A stretch of DNA of 64,000 bases, taken from Sulfurospirillaceae bacterium (GTDB lineage: Bacteria > Campylobacterota > Campylobacteria > Campylobacterales > Sulfurospirillaceae). The stretch covers positions 1 to 64,000 of the forward strand of contig JAWVXD010000008.1 in the NCBI GenBank assembly GCA_033723415.1, given 5' to 3'. Shown here piece after piece: positions 50,985-62,596 of the stretch (position 1 is its first letter; every line of letters starts with the position of its first letter). Below the pieces are notes generated by a model, which was given only the letters and a program-made list of their open reading frames with translations, was not told where the DNA came from and did no database searches. A program made the translations under genes and the position numbers.

Positions 50985-53540
50985 ATGGATAAATTGGATA
51001 TATATAATCAACATGTGCTTGAGAGATCAAAGCTTGGAGTTCCACCTCTCCCATTAGATGCTACACAAACTGATATGGTTGTTCAAAAGCTAAAAGAAGG
51101 CACTGGTGATCAAGAAATTCTTTTAGAACTTTTAGTGGAAAGAGTAAGCCCAGGTGTTGATGAAGCTGCATATGTAAAGGCTGCATTTTTAAATGCGATA
51201 GTAAAAAAAGAAGCTAAATGTAATTTGATTCCACCTGTAAAAGCTGTTGAAATCTTAGGAACGATGATGGGTGGTTATAATGTCCAACCTCTTATAGAAG
51301 CCCTTGAAGATGATGACGTAAATGTTGCTCAGGCAGCATGTGATGCACTTAAACATACGATATTAGTTTATAGTTCTTTCAATGATATAGAAAAATTATC
51401 TAAAAATAATAAATTTGCCAAAGAAGTTTTAGAATCTTGGGCAAATGCAGAATGGTTTACTTCAAAACCGGCTATGCCTGAAAAAATTACTGTTGCAGTT
51501 TTAAAAGTTCCTGGCGAAACAAATACGGATGATCTATCTCCTGCCAGCGAAGCTTTTACAAGAAGTGATATTCCTATGCATGCACAATGTATGCTTCTAA
51601 AAAGATTGCCTGGATCTTTAGAAAAAATAAAAGAGTTTCAAGCCAAGGGTTATGAAGTTGCTTATGTCGGTGATGTTGTTGGTACAGGAAGCAGTAGAAA
51701 ATCAGGTATAAACTCCGTTCAATGGTGGATGGGTAGAGAGATTCCCTTTGTTCCAAATAAAAAAACCGGAGGCTTGATCATAGGTAAAACTATTGCTCCA
51801 ATCTTTTTTAATACAGCTGAAGATAGCGGAGCTCTTCCGATAGAAGCAGATGTTGAATCCTTGGAGACAGGTGATTTGATTGACGTATTTCCATATGAAG
51901 GTGTGATCAAAAAAGATGGAGAAGTTGTTTCTAGATTTAATTTAACTCCAAATACTTTAGCAGATGAATATAGAGCAGGCGGTAGAATTCCTCTTATAAT
52001 AGGAAGAGGTTTGACTACAAAAGCCAGAGAATCATTAGGTTTAGGAGTTATAGATATCTTCGCAAGACCTGAACAACCAAAAGATAGCGGTAAAGGATAC
52101 TCACAAGCACAAAAAATCGTAGGTATGGCTTGTGGTCTAGAAGGTGTTAGACCAGGTATGTACGTTGAACCTATAACATCTACCGTCGGTAGTCAAGATA
52201 CAACAGGACCAATGACCAGAGATGAAATAAAAGAGCTTGCTGCTCTAGGTTTTAATGCTGATCTGGTATTACAGACTTTCTGTCATACTGCAGCCTATCC
52301 AAAACCATCAGATGTTCAAACTCAACACACGCTTCCTGATTTTATTAGAACAAGAGGCGGAGTCAGCCTAAAAGCAGGGGATGGTGTTATACACTCATGG
52401 CTAAACCGCATGGTATTACCTGATACAGTGGGAACAGGTGGAGATTCTCACACTAGATTTCCAGTTGGTATATCATTTCCTGCAGGAAGTGGATTGGTTG
52501 CATTTGCTGCAGTAACCGGTAGTATGCCTTTGAATATGCCTGAGTCAGTATTGGTAAAATTCAGCGGTACTCTACAACCGGGTATAACATTAAGAGATCT
52601 CGTAAATGCTATACCGTATTTTGCAATAAAACAAGGCTTATTGACAGTTCCAAAAAAAGGAAAAGTAAATATATTTGCCGGCAAAATTTTAGAGATAGAA
52701 GGCCTGCCTGATCTTAAAGCTGAACAAGCTTTTGAACTTAGTGATGCAAGTGCTGAGAGAAGTGCTGCAGCTTGTAGCATAGCTTTGAATAAAGAGCCTG
52801 TAGCAGAATATTTAAAATCAAATATAACTCTTTTAAAGTCTATGATAGATGCGGGGTATGGCGATGCAAATACTCTACAAAGAAGAATAGATAAGATGAA
52901 AGAATGGTTAGCAAATCCAACTTTAGTAAAAGCGGACAAAGATGCAGAATATGCAGCGGTGATCGAGATAAATATGGATGAAGTGAAAGAACCTATATTG
53001 GCTTGCCCAAATGATCCTGATGATGTTGCCACTTTGAGTGAGATATTGGCCGATCCAAATAGACCTCACAATATTGATGAAGTTTTTGTCGGAAGTTGTA
53101 TGACAAATATAGGTCATTACAGAGCTTTGGGTGAAGTACTAAAAGGTGAAGGTCAAGTTCCTACTAAGCTTTGGATCGCTCCTCCTACTAAAATGGATAA
53201 AGCAGAATTGACATCAGAGGGATATTACTCAATATTCGGTGCTGCAGGAGCTAGAATAGAAATACCTGGATGTTCTTTATGTATGGGTAATCAGGCACGA
53301 GTTAGAGATGGTGCAGTCGTATTCTCTACAAGTACAAGAAATTTTGACAATAGAATGGGAATGGATGCAAAAGTCTATTTAGGTAGTGCAGAATTAGCCG
53401 CTCTTTGTGCTCTTCTTGGTAGATTGCCAAGTGTTGAAGAATATATGAAACTTGTACCAAAGAAGCTAGAAGGAAAAGAAAGTCAAGTATATAAATATTT
53501 GAACTTTAACCTTATTGAAGATTATAAACTAGAAGCTTAA
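50985..53540 (+). CDS. acnB: Aconitate hydratase 2
   Basis: [47 protein letters not shown]. Confidence 0.97.
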   Translation: MDKLDIYNQHVLERSKLGVPPLPLDATQTDMVVQKLKEGTGDQEILLELLVERVSPGVDEAAYVKAAFLNAIVKKEAKCNLIPPVKAVEILGTMMGGYNVQPLIEALEDDDVNVAQAACDALKHTILVYSSFNDIEKLSKNNKFAKEVLESWANAEWFTSKPAMPEKITVAVLKVPGETNTDDLSPASEAFTRSDIPMHAQCMLLKRLPGSLEKIKEFQAKGYEVAYVGDVVGTGSSRKSGINSVQWWMGREIPFVPNKKTGGLIIGKTIAPIFFNTAEDSGALPIEADVESLETGDLIDVFPYEGVIKKDGEVVSRFNLTPNTLADEYRAGGRIPLIIGRGLTTKARESLGLGVIDIFARPEQPKDSGKGYSQAQKIVGMACGLEGVRPGMYVEPITSTVGSQDTTGPMTRDEIKELAALGFNADLVLQTFCHTAAYPKPSDVQTQHTLPDFIRTRGGVSLKAGDGVIHSWLNRMVLPDTVGTGGDSHTRFPVGISFPAGSGLVAFAAVTGSMPLNMPESVLVKFSGTLQPGITLRDLVNAIPYFAIKQGLLTVPKKGKVNIFAGKILEIEGLPDLKAEQAFELSDASAERSAAACSIALNKEPVAEYLKSNITLLKSMIDAGYGDANTLQRRIDKMKEWLANPTLVKADKDAEYAAVIEINMDEVKEPILACPNDPDDVATLSEILADPNRPHNIDEVFVGSCMTNIGHYRALGEVLKGEGQVPTKLWIAPPTKMDKAELTSEGYYSIFGAAGARIEIPGCSLCMGNQARVRDGAVVFSTSTRNFDNRMGMDAKVYLGSAELAALCALLGRLPSVEEYMKLVPKKLEGKESQVYKYLNFNLIEDYKLEA

Positions 53541-53546
53541 ACAAAT

Positions 53547-53576
53547 AGAACAACCGCCTAATAGAGCGGTTGTTCT
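53547..53576 (+). terminator. Intrinsic terminator after acnB
   Basis: AGAACAACCGC-N8-GCGGTTGTTCT followed by TTATTATTT. Confidence 0.85.
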
Positions 53577-53656
53577 TTATTATTTATCAACCTATTAATT
53601 AGTTATTAACAAACATACTTGTAAAATATCAACCAAATTAAATCTCAGGGATTTTT

Positions 53657-54583
53657 ATGTTAAAAGATAAAATCCGTTTGAAAAAAAGCGGTATTCTTCT
53701 ATATGGCATAACACCGCCAAAAGTTAAACATACTCCAGATGAAATTCAAGCTATTGCTGATAAACATATTGAGCGAATCAATAATCTGGATATAGACGGT
53801 TTGGTGCTTTATGACATACAGGATGAATCAGATAGAACGCAAGAAGTTAGGCCATTTCCATTTGTAGAAACACTCAACTCTTCTTTTTATAAAGAGAAGT
53901 ATTTAAGTAGTTTAAAAGTGCCGGTCATTGTATATAAAGCAGTTGGAAAGTATGATGTTGACGAGTTTGAAGATTGGTTGTCAACAACTAAAAACAAGGA
54001 TTTTTATTCTGTTTTTGTAGGGGCAGCGTCACAAAAAACAAAAACTAATCTTACTATAAAAGAAGCCTATTTATTGAAAAGTAAGATAAATAAAGAGTTG
54101 GTATTGGGCGGTATTGTTATCCCTGAGAGACACATGGAAAAGCGAGATGAACACTTAAGAGTAACTTCTAAAATGCAAAATGGTTGCGAATATTTTATCT
54201 CACAAGCTGTATATAATCTTGATGCAGCCAAAAGCTTTTTAGATGATTATAGTGAGTATACAACAAGAGAAAATAGATCTACGGTTCCTATTATATTTAC
54301 TTTTACGCCATGTGGATCACTCAAAACGTTAGCTTTTATGAAGTGGTTGGGAGTAAATATACCAGACTACTTAGAAGAAAAACTAAAAAAATCAGATGAT
54401 ATACTAGAAGAATCAGTTAAACTATCAAAAGATATTTTTACTGAACTGTATATATACGGCAAAGAAAAAGGCATACCGATAGGTTGTAATGTTGAAAGTG
54501 TTGCCATTAGAAAAGTTGAAATAGAGGCATCATTAAAATTGTTAAAAGATATAAAACAGATAATAGATAAAATAGAAGGATGA
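53657..54583 (+). CDS. Divergent methylenetetrahydrofolate reductase-like flavoprotein
   Basis: [39 protein letters not shown] resemble MetF-fold motifs. Confidence 0.65.
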   Translation: MLKDKIRLKKSGILLYGITPPKVKHTPDEIQAIADKHIERINNLDIDGLVLYDIQDESDRTQEVRPFPFVETLNSSFYKEKYLSSLKVPVIVYKAVGKYDVDEFEDWLSTTKNKDFYSVFVGAASQKTKTNLTIKEAYLLKSKINKELVLGGIVIPERHMEKRDEHLRVTSKMQNGCEYFISQAVYNLDAAKSFLDDYSEYTTRENRSTVPIIFTFTPCGSLKTLAFMKWLGVNIPDYLEEKLKKSDDILEESVKLSKDIFTELYIYGKEKGIPIGCNVESVAIRKVEIEASLKLLKDIKQIIDKIEG

Positions 54584-55872
54584 ACATGAATATCAATAAT
54601 AGTGAAAAAGAGTTTAAAAAAGCCAAAGAAGTAATCCCAGGAGGTGTTGATTCACCGGTTCGTGCATTTAAAAGTGTTGGTGGTACACCGATTTTTATAG
54701 AAAAAGGCGAGGGTGCATATCTGGTTGATGTTGATGGTAACAAGTACGTGGATTTTGTACAAAGCTGGGGACCACTTATATTTGGTCATTGTGATAAAAC
54801 AATCGAAAATGCTGTAGTAGATTCTGTCAAAAAAGGTTTGAGCTTTGGAGCTCCTACAAGTGTAGAAACTATTTTGGCTGAAAAAATATGTGATTTATTT
54901 GAGTCAATAGACAAGATAAGATTCGTAAGTAGCGGTACAGAAGCTGTGATGAGTGCTATCAGGCTTGCAAGAGGCTATACAAACAGAGATGATATCATCA
55001 AATTTGAAGGATGTTACCACGGACATAGTGACTCTCTCCTTGTTCAAGCCGGAAGTGGAGCTGTGACTTTTGGAACACCAAGTTCACCGGGCGTTCCGGC
55101 AGATCTGACCAAGCATACTCTGCTAGCTAAATACAACGATATCGAAAGCGTCAAAAAATGTTTTGAAAACTCACATGACGTGGCTTGTGTGATCATAGAG
55201 CCGATAGCCGGGAATATGGGATTTGTTCCAGCCGATATAGAGTTTTTAAAAGAATTGCGACAAGTATGTGATGCCAATGGAGCTTTATTGATCTTTGATG
55301 AAGTTATGAGTGGTTTTAGAGCATCCCTGAGGGGAGCTACAGGTTTAGTAGCTATCGCTCCAGATATCATAACATTTGGTAAAGTCATAGGCGGTGGTAT
55401 GCCTGTTGGTGCATTTTGTGCAAGAAAAGAGATCATGGACAGATTGAGTCCTGATGGACCGATCTATCAAGCAGGGACATTAAGCGGTAATCCTGTTGCT
55501 ATGAATGCAGGACTTGCCTCACTAAACAAATTGCTAGAGAATCCAAGTGTTTACGATGATTTTGAAAAGAAGGCTAAAAAACTTGTTAATGGCTTAAAAG
55601 AAGAGGCTGCAAAGAACAACATCGATTTGCAAGTTGACGTCAGAGGAAGTATGTTTGGATTTTTCTTCAATAAAACAGAAGTGAAAAATTTTGATGATGC
55701 ACTAGATTCTGACACAGATTTATTTGCAAGATTTCATCAAGGTATGCTGAATAGAGGTTTTTATTTTGCTTGCAGTCAATTTGAAACAGGCTTTATAAGT
55801 ACAAAGATAACCGATCAGATCATTGATGATGCATTGATCGCGGCGTCAGAAGTCTTTAAAGAGATAAAATGA
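54580..55872 (+). CDS. hemL: Glutamate-1-semialdehyde 2,1-aminomutase
   Basis: [44 protein letters not shown]. Confidence 0.97.
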   Translation: MNMNINNSEKEFKKAKEVIPGGVDSPVRAFKSVGGTPIFIEKGEGAYLVDVDGNKYVDFVQSWGPLIFGHCDKTIENAVVDSVKKGLSFGAPTSVETILAEKICDLFESIDKIRFVSSGTEAVMSAIRLARGYTNRDDIIKFEGCYHGHSDSLLVQAGSGAVTFGTPSSPGVPADLTKHTLLAKYNDIESVKKCFENSHDVACVIIEPIAGNMGFVPADIEFLKELRQVCDANGALLIFDEVMSGFRASLRGATGLVAIAPDIITFGKVIGGGMPVGAFCARKEIMDRLSPDGPIYQAGTLSGNPVAMNAGLASLNKLLENPSVYDDFEKKAKKLVNGLKEEAAKNNIDLQVDVRGSMFGFFFNKTEVKNFDDALDSDTDLFARFHQGMLNRGFYFACSQFETGFISTKITDQIIDDALIAASEVFKEIK

Positions 55873-56165
55873 GTAAAAATAAAAAGCCAAAGTTTGCAAA
55901 TATCATAGAAGGTGCTGAGCAACTTTCTCTTGGTATATCTATGGTTGTAGCAGTTTTAATCGGTATTGGCATAGGTGTATTGATGAAAAATTATTTTCAT
56001 CACACCTGGCTTCTTTGGCTTGGAGTATTTTGGGGAGTTGCAGCTGCTGTTTTAAATGTCTATAAAGCATACAAAAAGCAAATGAAATCACTTGATGAAC
56101 TAAAGGATGATGTGAGATATAAGAATATTAATACAGACGATGACGATGATGATGACGATAAATAA
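55869..56165 (+). CDS. AtpZ/AtpI-family small membrane protein with acidic tail
   Basis: [16 protein letters not shown]...[10 protein letters not shown] two-TM pattern. Confidence 0.75.
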   Translation: MSKNKKPKFANIIEGAEQLSLGISMVVAVLIGIGIGVLMKNYFHHTWLLWLGVFWGVAAAVLNVYKAYKKQMKSLDELKDDVRYKNINTDDDDDDDDK

Positions 56166-56649
56166 GCTCTCTTTATTATATCTGATCGGAGATATTATAT
56201 TGATTGTAACTTCTCTATTTATCGGAAAATTTTGGTTAATCAACACACAAGCTGCATTTATATGCTCTATGCTTGTTACATTTTCATCATATTTTTCATA
56301 TAAGATCATGATAGAAAAAAGGATTGACAGTAATGATATCGGCAATAACAAAGATTCTTATGATGCATTAGAAGACCCTTACAATCTTTTTAATGATGAT
56401 GATAACGAAGAAAATGTGATAGAGAGAGAACAAAAGCCTAAAAAAGAAGGCAAGTTCAAAAATATCATAAAAGGGTTGGTTACAGGGATAAGTGGTGCAT
56501 TGAGTATATATAGGCTACTTGCATATCTCATCTTGTTTGTAGTAATATTATCTTTGATAAGAAATAGTCTTTTTGATGCAGTTGCTTTTTTCGTAGGGCT
56601 TAGCGTAGTGCCTTTAGTAAGCCTACTATCTGGTTTAGCGAGACACTAA
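56152..56649 (+). CDS. Hypothetical membrane protein
   Basis: Four hydrophobic segments; overlaps the previous gene; several possible ATGs between 56140 and 56152. Confidence 0.7.
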   Translation: MTINKLSLLYLIGDIILIVTSLFIGKFWLINTQAAFICSMLVTFSSYFSYKIMIEKRIDSNDIGNNKDSYDALEDPYNLFNDDDNEENVIEREQKPKKEGKFKNIIKGLVTGISGALSIYRLLAYLILFVVILSLIRNSLFDAVAFFVGLSVVPLVSLLSGLARH

Positions 56650-57324
56650 TGCAGAGCTTAGTATAGTTGTATTACCTTTGATTTGTACTAAGGCATTTGC
56701 ATTTTGTGATAGCTCTTCTATATTTGTATCAAGCTTCTTATTTCTTTTATCACCCTCAACATAGATTGAAAAAATTGGATATTTTTTATCGTCAAATTTT
56801 ATATATTCTCCTGTATTCAGTGTCAATTTTGAAGTGATTGTGTCTGAACCAAGATATGATGAATATATCTTATTTAACAGTCTAGTAAATTCTTCAATTT
56901 TTAATCTTATCTCCGGGAAAGTTGGATCAAATATCTTGTGATGTTTTGTCGTACTGTGGCTTGCACTTGATGCACTAATACAAAGGTCAAGTAGAGAATA
57001 AAGATTTACAATTTCTCCATATTCATCTATAGAAGATAGTTTTTTTGCTGCTTTTTTGTAAAGTTTTATGCCGATTTCACTTTCATCTAGATAACCTACA
57101 GTTATAGCGTAAAATGAGTAAGAACCATAGTTTAGATCTAATATAGTTGTTTTGAAGCCATAAGACATACTTGCATATGTCTTTGCAAGCTCAAAAATTT
57201 TTTTTGGTGCAACTTCACCTAAAAGATATTGGGCTTCTTGATTGAGTGATTTAACCCTTTCATCAGTGTCAAATGTGATGAAAGGGTTATAGTCATATTC
57301 TATCCAGGCCTCATTAAAAGTCAT
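56635..57324 (-). CDS. Hypothetical protein: PAS-like N-terminus plus degenerate HATPase-like C-terminus
   Basis: NPFITFD...LNQEAQYLLG (PAS-like); FDPTFPEIRL segment; SD GGAG before ATG 57324. Confidence 0.6.
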   Translation of the reverse strand: MTFNEAWIEYDYNPFITFDTDERVKSLNQEAQYLLGEVAPKKIFELAKTYASMSYGFKTTILDLNYGSYSFYAITVGYLDESEIGIKLYKKAAKKLSSIDEYGEIVNLYSLLDLCISASSASHSTTKHHKIFDPTFPEIRLKIEEFTRLLNKIYSSYLGSDTITSKLTLNTGEYIKFDDKKYPIFSIYVEGDKRNKKLDTNIEELSQNANALVQIKGNTTILSSALVSR

Positions 57325-57337
57325 TTTAATCTCCAAA

Positions 57338-59152
57338 TTAGCTTTCAATATAATTTTTTAATTTTCTTCCGACTTTTGGATGTTTTAATTTTTTTATTGC
57401 TGAACTTTCAATTTGTCTGACTCTCTCTCTTGTTACACTTAATTCTTTGCCTATCTCTTCAAGTGTTCTATCGCTTTCATCATGCATAAGTCCAAATCTC
57501 ATTCTGATTACGGCTTTTTCTCTATCGTTAAGTTGTTCTAATACATCATCTATCTGATCTCTAAGGTCAAATTTCAAAATATTTTCCATAGGAGAAATAC
57601 TACTTTTATCCTCTACGAAATCTCCGAATTTGCCATCTTCTTCGTTACCTATCGGAGCTTCTAGCGAGATAGGTTCTTTTGTTATCTTTATAACATTTTT
57701 AACCTTATCAACACTTAAACCGACTTCTTCTGCTATCATATCAACATCAGGCTCTTTTCCATTTTCTTGAAGATGTTTTCTTATGATTTTATTGATCCTG
57801 TTTATGGTCTCTATCATGTGAATTGGAATTCTGATCGTTCTTGCCTGATCTGCTATAGCTCTGCTTATAGCTTGTCTGATCCACCAAGTTGCGTAAGTTG
57901 AAAATTTATAACCTTTTTTGTATTCAAACTTATCTACTGCTTTCATAAGACCTATATTGCCTTCTTGGATAAGATCTAAGAAAGGAAGCCCTCTATTAGT
58001 ATATCTTTTTGCTATAGAGACAACTAGACGGAGGTTAGATTTTGCCATTCTTGTTTTTGCTCCATCAGCTATTTTCTTACCTCTTTTGATCTGCTCTAAT
58101 ATCTCTTTTAATCTATCTTCTTCTAGATCAAAACCTTGTTTACTCGCTTCTTTAGTTTGAAAAAGTTTTTTGATCTTCATATACGTTGAAACCATTGTAG
58201 CTTCAGGAACTTCAGCCGTGACTTCTTCTTTACTCATTCTTACGATTTTACTAAGAATCTTTTGATGGTTCTTTTTCAATGATTCGTTAAAAAGCGGTAG
58301 CATATATTCTAATCTTTTTAGCTCTTTCTCAAATTCACCATCACTTTTTAATGCAGTTTCCATAGATTTCACTAATTCATTTATTAGTTTACTTGTAGGA
58401 CCTAGTTCCATAAGTTTTTCTTTGAGAATCTTCTTTTTATATGCCAAAGTAAGGTCATACGTCATTTGAGACTCTTCATCAATATCTTCTTCCGGTGTTT
58501 TTGATAGTGATTTCATCCAGTCTTTTTTTGCTTTTTCTAATGCTTTAAAACTTTCTAATACTTTAACCGTTCTACTGTCATCTTTTTTATTCGGTTTTCT
58601 ATCGTCATCATCGTCACTATCGTCATCATCTTCAAAGCTTTTAAATAATTCTTTAACTCTTCTTTCACGATTTATCAAAGCTTCTCTATAATCTAGTATA
58701 AAATCTATGAGATAAGGGACAGAACAAAACGCATCGATGATGATATCTTCGCCAAATTCTATTCTTTTACTTATGTCAATTTCTTCTTCTTTTGTTAAAA
58801 GTGAAATTTGACCCATTTCTCTAAGGTACATACGGACAGGACTATCACTTCTTGACCATTCTAGAAGTTCTTTTTCACTTGCTAAATCAAATTCATCTTC
58901 TAGTGATTCATCATGAAGCTTTTGTCTTTCTTCCTCTCTCCTCTTGGCTTCTTCTATGTTTCTTAACTTTGCAATTTCAGCAGAAGTTATAAGAGAAACC
59001 TTATATTTCTTAACTAAGGAAAGGATCTTCTTTGCACTTGATGATGTTGGTTGTTTTGGGAAAATATTCATTACTTGTTCATAAACAACATAACCTTTTT
59101 CGTTCTCTTTAAATAATTCTTCTATGCTATCGTAAATTTCTTTTGTAGACAT
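57338..59152 (-). CDS. rpoD: RNA polymerase primary sigma factor
   Basis: [48 protein letters not shown]. Confidence 0.98.
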   Translation of the reverse strand: MSTKEIYDSIEELFKENEKGYVVYEQVMNIFPKQPTSSSAKKILSLVKKYKVSLITSAEIAKLRNIEEAKRREEERQKLHDESLEDEFDLASEKELLEWSRSDSPVRMYLREMGQISLLTKEEEIDISKRIEFGEDIIIDAFCSVPYLIDFILDYREALINRERRVKELFKSFEDDDDSDDDDDRKPNKKDDSRTVKVLESFKALEKAKKDWMKSLSKTPEEDIDEESQMTYDLTLAYKKKILKEKLMELGPTSKLINELVKSMETALKSDGEFEKELKRLEYMLPLFNESLKKNHQKILSKIVRMSKEEVTAEVPEATMVSTYMKIKKLFQTKEASKQGFDLEEDRLKEILEQIKRGKKIADGAKTRMAKSNLRLVVSIAKRYTNRGLPFLDLIQEGNIGLMKAVDKFEYKKGYKFSTYATWWIRQAISRAIADQARTIRIPIHMIETINRINKIIRKHLQENGKEPDVDMIAEEVGLSVDKVKNVIKITKEPISLEAPIGNEEDGKFGDFVEDKSSISPMENILKFDLRDQIDDVLEQLNDREKAVIRMRFGLMHDESDRTLEEIGKELSVTRERVRQIESSAIKKLKHPKVGRKLKNYIES

Positions 59153-59239
59153 GAGCTGTTGCTCCTTTGAGATATTGGAGTTTAAAGAGAGGATTATACC
59201 TAAATTTATTTAAAATCACATTAATGGTGTCTTTCAGAG

Positions 59240-59256
59240 TTGGAACATTAATTGCT
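59240..59256 (+). promoter_or_regulatory. Sigma54 promoter of the rod genes
   Basis: TTGGAACATTAATTGCT, GG-N10-GC. Confidence 0.85.
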
Positions 59257-59289
59257 TTTGTTAGGTTAAATTTACGAATGGACAAGTAT

Positions 59290-60093
59290 ATGCAAAGTGG
59301 ATATTATAGCGCAACAGGCGGAATGATCACGCAGTTTAACAGACTAGATGTTATATCAAATAATCTGGCAAACCTCAATACTCCAGCCTTCAAAAAAGAC
59401 AAAATAATAGTCGGTGATTTTAAAAGAATTTTTCAAGAAACTCAAGAAAATATGCCAATACCTAACAATACGACAGAGGCAGCTAAGTTTTTAAACTCAA
59501 GTATAGACAGTGTTCCTCAAGTAGTTGAACATTATACTCAGTTTTCACAAGGTGGTTTGAAAAGCACCGGAAACAGTTTAGATTTTGCATTGAAAAGCCC
59601 TAATGTCTTTTTTATGGTAAAAACACCAAACGGCATAAGGCTTACGCAAGACGGTTCTTTTGTTATAAATAAGGATGGAGTTTTATCTACAAAAGAGGGA
59701 TATCCTGTGTTGCCCGCAAATTATTTTCAAAATTCACAACTAATAAAGGTCCCGCAAGATGCAACTCTTAGTGCGGATGCAGCAGGAAATTTGTATTCAA
59801 ACGGAAATGCGATAAGCAAATTTTACATAGCAACAAGTAACGATATAAAAAGTCTTCAAAAAGAGGGTAGTAATTTATATAAGTTTCCCAATATCAATGT
59901 TATCAAGCAATCCGCAAATCCAGATATTGTAGAGCAAGGATTTTTAGAAGATAGTAATGTAAACCCAGTTACAGAGATGGTTCATCTAATAGAAGCAAAC
60001 AGAATGGTGGAAATGTACCAAAAAGTTATGAATTCACATATGAATGATTTAAATACCGATGCAATTAATAAACTAGCATCCGTAACAGCATAA
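59290..60093 (+). CDS. flgF: Flagellar basal-body rod protein FlgF (FlgG2)
   Basis: MQSGYYSATGG...ISNNLANLNT, TGNSLDFAL, LEDSNVNPVTEM; start reset to lie downstream of the sigma54 site. Confidence 0.88.
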   Translation: MQSGYYSATGGMITQFNRLDVISNNLANLNTPAFKKDKIIVGDFKRIFQETQENMPIPNNTTEAAKFLNSSIDSVPQVVEHYTQFSQGGLKSTGNSLDFALKSPNVFFMVKTPNGIRLTQDGSFVINKDGVLSTKEGYPVLPANYFQNSQLIKVPQDATLSADAAGNLYSNGNAISKFYIATSNDIKSLQKEGSNLYKFPNINVIKQSANPDIVEQGFLEDSNVNPVTEMVHLIEANRMVEMYQKVMNSHMNDLNTDAINKLASVTA

Positions 60094-60122
60094 AATTACA
60101 ATAAAAAGGACAAGGAAGTAAG

Positions 60123-60911
60123 ATGTTAAGATCACTTTATACAGCAGCGACAGGAATGATTGCACAGCAAACTCAAATAGATACTACTTCAAATAATATT
60201 GCAAACGTAAATACCATAGGATATAAAAAACAAAGAGCTGAATTTGCAGATTTAATGTATCAGACTATGGAATATGCAGGAACTGCTACTAGTAACACTA
60301 CAGTTTCTCCTACAGGTATAGAAGTTGGATTAGGTGTTAGACCTACGGCAATATCAAAACTTTTTACGCAAGGAAACTTTAAAGAAACCGGAAATCCATT
60401 AGATATGGCTATAACAGGACAAGGTTTTTTCCAAATTCAATTGCCTGATGGTTCTACCGCTTATACAAGGAACGGTTCTTTTAAATTGGACAGTAATGGA
60501 AATATTGTAAACAGTGATGGTTATCAGTTGATTCCACAGATCACTATACCACAAGATGCAACTCAGATATCAATAGGAACAGATGGTACGGTTTCGGTCA
60601 TGCAAGCAGGACAAACTCAAATGTCGCAAGTAGGACAAATTGAATTGGCAAACTTCGTGAATCCAGCTGGGCTTCATTCTCTTGGTAATAACAATTATAT
60701 AAATACAACAGCATCAGGCGATGCAATCACAAGTACTCCAGGTTTGAATGGACTTGGAGAGATAAGACAGAACTTTGTTGAGATGAGTAATGTTCAACTG
60801 GTAGAAGAGATGACAGATCTTATAACAGGACAGAGAGCTTACGAAGCAAACTCTAAAGCTATAACTACCAGTGATGAAATGCTTCAAACAGTAAATGGAC
60901 TAAAAAGATAA
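60123..60911 (+). CDS. flgG: Flagellar distal rod protein
   Basis: MLRSLYTAATGM, SNNIANVNTIGYKK, EMSNVQLVEEM, QRAYEANSK. Confidence 0.96.
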   Translation: MLRSLYTAATGMIAQQTQIDTTSNNIANVNTIGYKKQRAEFADLMYQTMEYAGTATSNTTVSPTGIEVGLGVRPTAISKLFTQGNFKETGNPLDMAITGQGFFQIQLPDGSTAYTRNGSFKLDSNGNIVNSDGYQLIPQITIPQDATQISIGTDGTVSVMQAGQTQMSQVGQIELANFVNPAGLHSLGNNNYINTTASGDAITSTPGLNGLGEIRQNFVEMSNVQLVEEMTDLITGQRAYEANSKAITTSDEMLQTVNGLKR

Positions 60912-60915
60912 TTTT

Positions 60916-61086
60916 ATGCTTATTTTGCTTCCTTTTTTAGTGATTATTCTAATAATAGTCGCTATAAATAATATTTACTATAGTGATGTCAAACCAAAAG
61001 ACACACAAACAAAAAAGCATATTGAAAGACCTGTCGATAAATCAATACAGACAAATAACTATATCAAGAAATATATAAAGGAATAA
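60916..61086 (+). CDS. Small single-pass membrane protein, 56 aa (not in ORF track)
   Basis: MLILLPFLVIILIIVAINNIYYSDVKPKDTQTKKHIERPVDKSIQTNNYIKKYIKE*; fills the flgG-azlC gap. Confidence 0.55.
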   Translation: MLILLPFLVIILIIVAINNIYYSDVKPKDTQTKKHIERPVDKSIQTNNYIKKYIKE

Positions 61087-61090
61087 TTGC

Positions 61091-61765
61091 TTGAAATTTT
61101 TTTCCATATTTAAACTAACTATTCCTGTACTTATGGGTTATGTACCGCTGGGTATGGCTTTTGGACTATTACTTTCCAAGCTCATGATACCTTGGTACTA
61201 CGCTTTTTTCATGTCAGTATTTATTTTTGCCGGTAGTGCGCAGTTTTTGGCGTTAGTGTTATTCGCATCTCAAGCAACGGTTATAGAGATAGGTATTGCT
61301 ATATTTCTGCTCAATCTAAGACATACGTTTTATGGCTTATCTATGGTGAGTGTTTTTAAAGATTTTTCTTGGAAAAAACACTATCTGATTTTTGGTTTGA
61401 CTGACGAAACTTTTGCTCTTTTGAAAACAAGAGAAATCAATAAGGAAGAGAGAGAAAAAGTTTATCTCATCATTACGGCCTTAAATCAAAGTTATTGGGT
61501 TATCGGAAGTGTTATCGGAGCACTGTTAGGGAATATTTTACCTTTTAATTCTAAAGGATTGGAATTCTCTCTGACAGCATTATTTGTCGTCTTGTCTATA
61601 GACTTATACAAGAAAAGTAAACTTCATAAACCGTTTTTGATAGCTATTGCGATAGGTATTATCGGGATGTTGTCATTTCCGAGTAGCAAAATGTTGATAC
61701 TTTCATTGGGGCTTGCTATGTTTACATTGATACTTTTTAAAAAGGCGATAGAAAATGAGTCATGA
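61091..61765 (+). CDS. azlC: AzlC-family branched-chain amino acid exporter
   Basis: GYVPLGMAFG, FAGSAQF, NLRHTFYG, LTDETFA. Confidence 0.9.
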   Translation: MKFFSIFKLTIPVLMGYVPLGMAFGLLLSKLMIPWYYAFFMSVFIFAGSAQFLALVLFASQATVIEIGIAIFLLNLRHTFYGLSMVSVFKDFSWKKHYLIFGLTDETFALLKTREINKEEREKVYLIITALNQSYWVIGSVIGALLGNILPFNSKGLEFSLTALFVVLSIDLYKKSKLHKPFLIAIAIGIIGMLSFPSSKMLILSLGLAMFTLILFKKAIENES

Positions 61766-62081
61766 ATATTTGATAAGTGCTATTGCACTAGCCGCTGTTA
61801 TGACTTATATCACGCGTGTAATACCGTTTGTCTTTTTTGGAAATAAATCTCCGGCACCAATCATCAAATATATTGAGTGGAATATGCCGTTGATGATTAT
61901 GGTTATATTGGTATTTTATGCACTAAAAGATGTCAAATGGGGATTATATCCTTTTGGCTTGCCTGAAATTATAGGAGTTTTTATTGCAATTGTAATGCAC
62001 TTAAGATTTAGCAATGCGCTTTTGAGCATAATTTCTGCTACTGTCGTGTATATGGTTTTAGTGCAAAAGATTTTTGTATAG
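61755..62081 (+). CDS. azlD: AzlD-family exporter subunit
   Basis: TYITRVIPFVFF, LLSIISATVVYM; coupled to azlC. Confidence 0.88.
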   Translation: MSHEYLISAIALAAVMTYITRVIPFVFFGNKSPAPIIKYIEWNMPLMIMVILVFYALKDVKWGLYPFGLPEIIGVFIAIVMHLRFSNALLSIISATVVYMVLVQKIFV

Positions 62082-62150
62082 CATAAAAATATCATAAAAA
62101 TATCATACCTTTGATGATATAATAGTCTGAAATGTGATAAAGGAGAACTT

Positions 62151-62450
62151 ATGAATCCAAATGAACAACCAGATTTGAAGTTACAAGATGTCATAGAAGT
62201 CGATGGCGTTAGATACCTCGTATCAACCATTAAAATTGATGTTAGGCATGCTTGGTTAAATCAAAACTCATATGTTAAAGTGTATGAGACTATGATATTT
62301 GAAAAAGAGAATGGTCAAGTCCAGTATGATAAAGTAGTTTACAATAAAAGATATACTACGTATAAATGTGCGGTTGACGGACATGCCGAAGTATTGAAAC
62401 ACGCTAAAAAAATAATCGAAGTATGTCATCATGCAAGAGCAAAGATGTAA
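62151..62450 (+). CDS. Hypothetical protein with own promoter
   Basis: SD AAGGAG; extended -10 TGATATAAT at 62115-62123. Confidence 0.75.
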   Translation: MNPNEQPDLKLQDVIEVDGVRYLVSTIKIDVRHAWLNQNSYVKVYETMIFEKENGQVQYDKVVYNKRYTTYKCAVDGHAEVLKHAKKIIEVCHHARAKM

Positions 62451-62596
62451 ATCAAATGGTAGTTTAATTTAAGTAAAATCCTAAAAAAGAGAATACTTTT
62501 TTTCTCAAAAGAGATATTTTCTTTTTTGTATTTTGCGAAACTATGTTTGTAAGTCACTTTGTGTATATCAGTTCGGCATAATTATTAAATATATAA

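Noticed and set aside
52448..53032. Long antisense ORFs (this one, and for example 38638-39036, 40068-40547, 55044-55436)
   Set aside because: They are shadows of well-supported genes on the opposite strand, with no SD or recognisable motifs.
56136..56165. GAY/ATG trinucleotide run encoding poly-Asp and overlapping start codons
   Set aside because: Imperfect short repeat explained by an acidic tail; no sign of phase variation.
59167..59289. 41-aa N-terminal extension of flgF in the ORF track
   Set aside because: It spans the sigma54 promoter; the family N-terminus starts at ATG 59290.
62569..62596. CAGTTCGGCATAA resembling a XerC arm or integron core site
   Set aside because: No matching XerD arm or inverse core site and no recombinase nearby.
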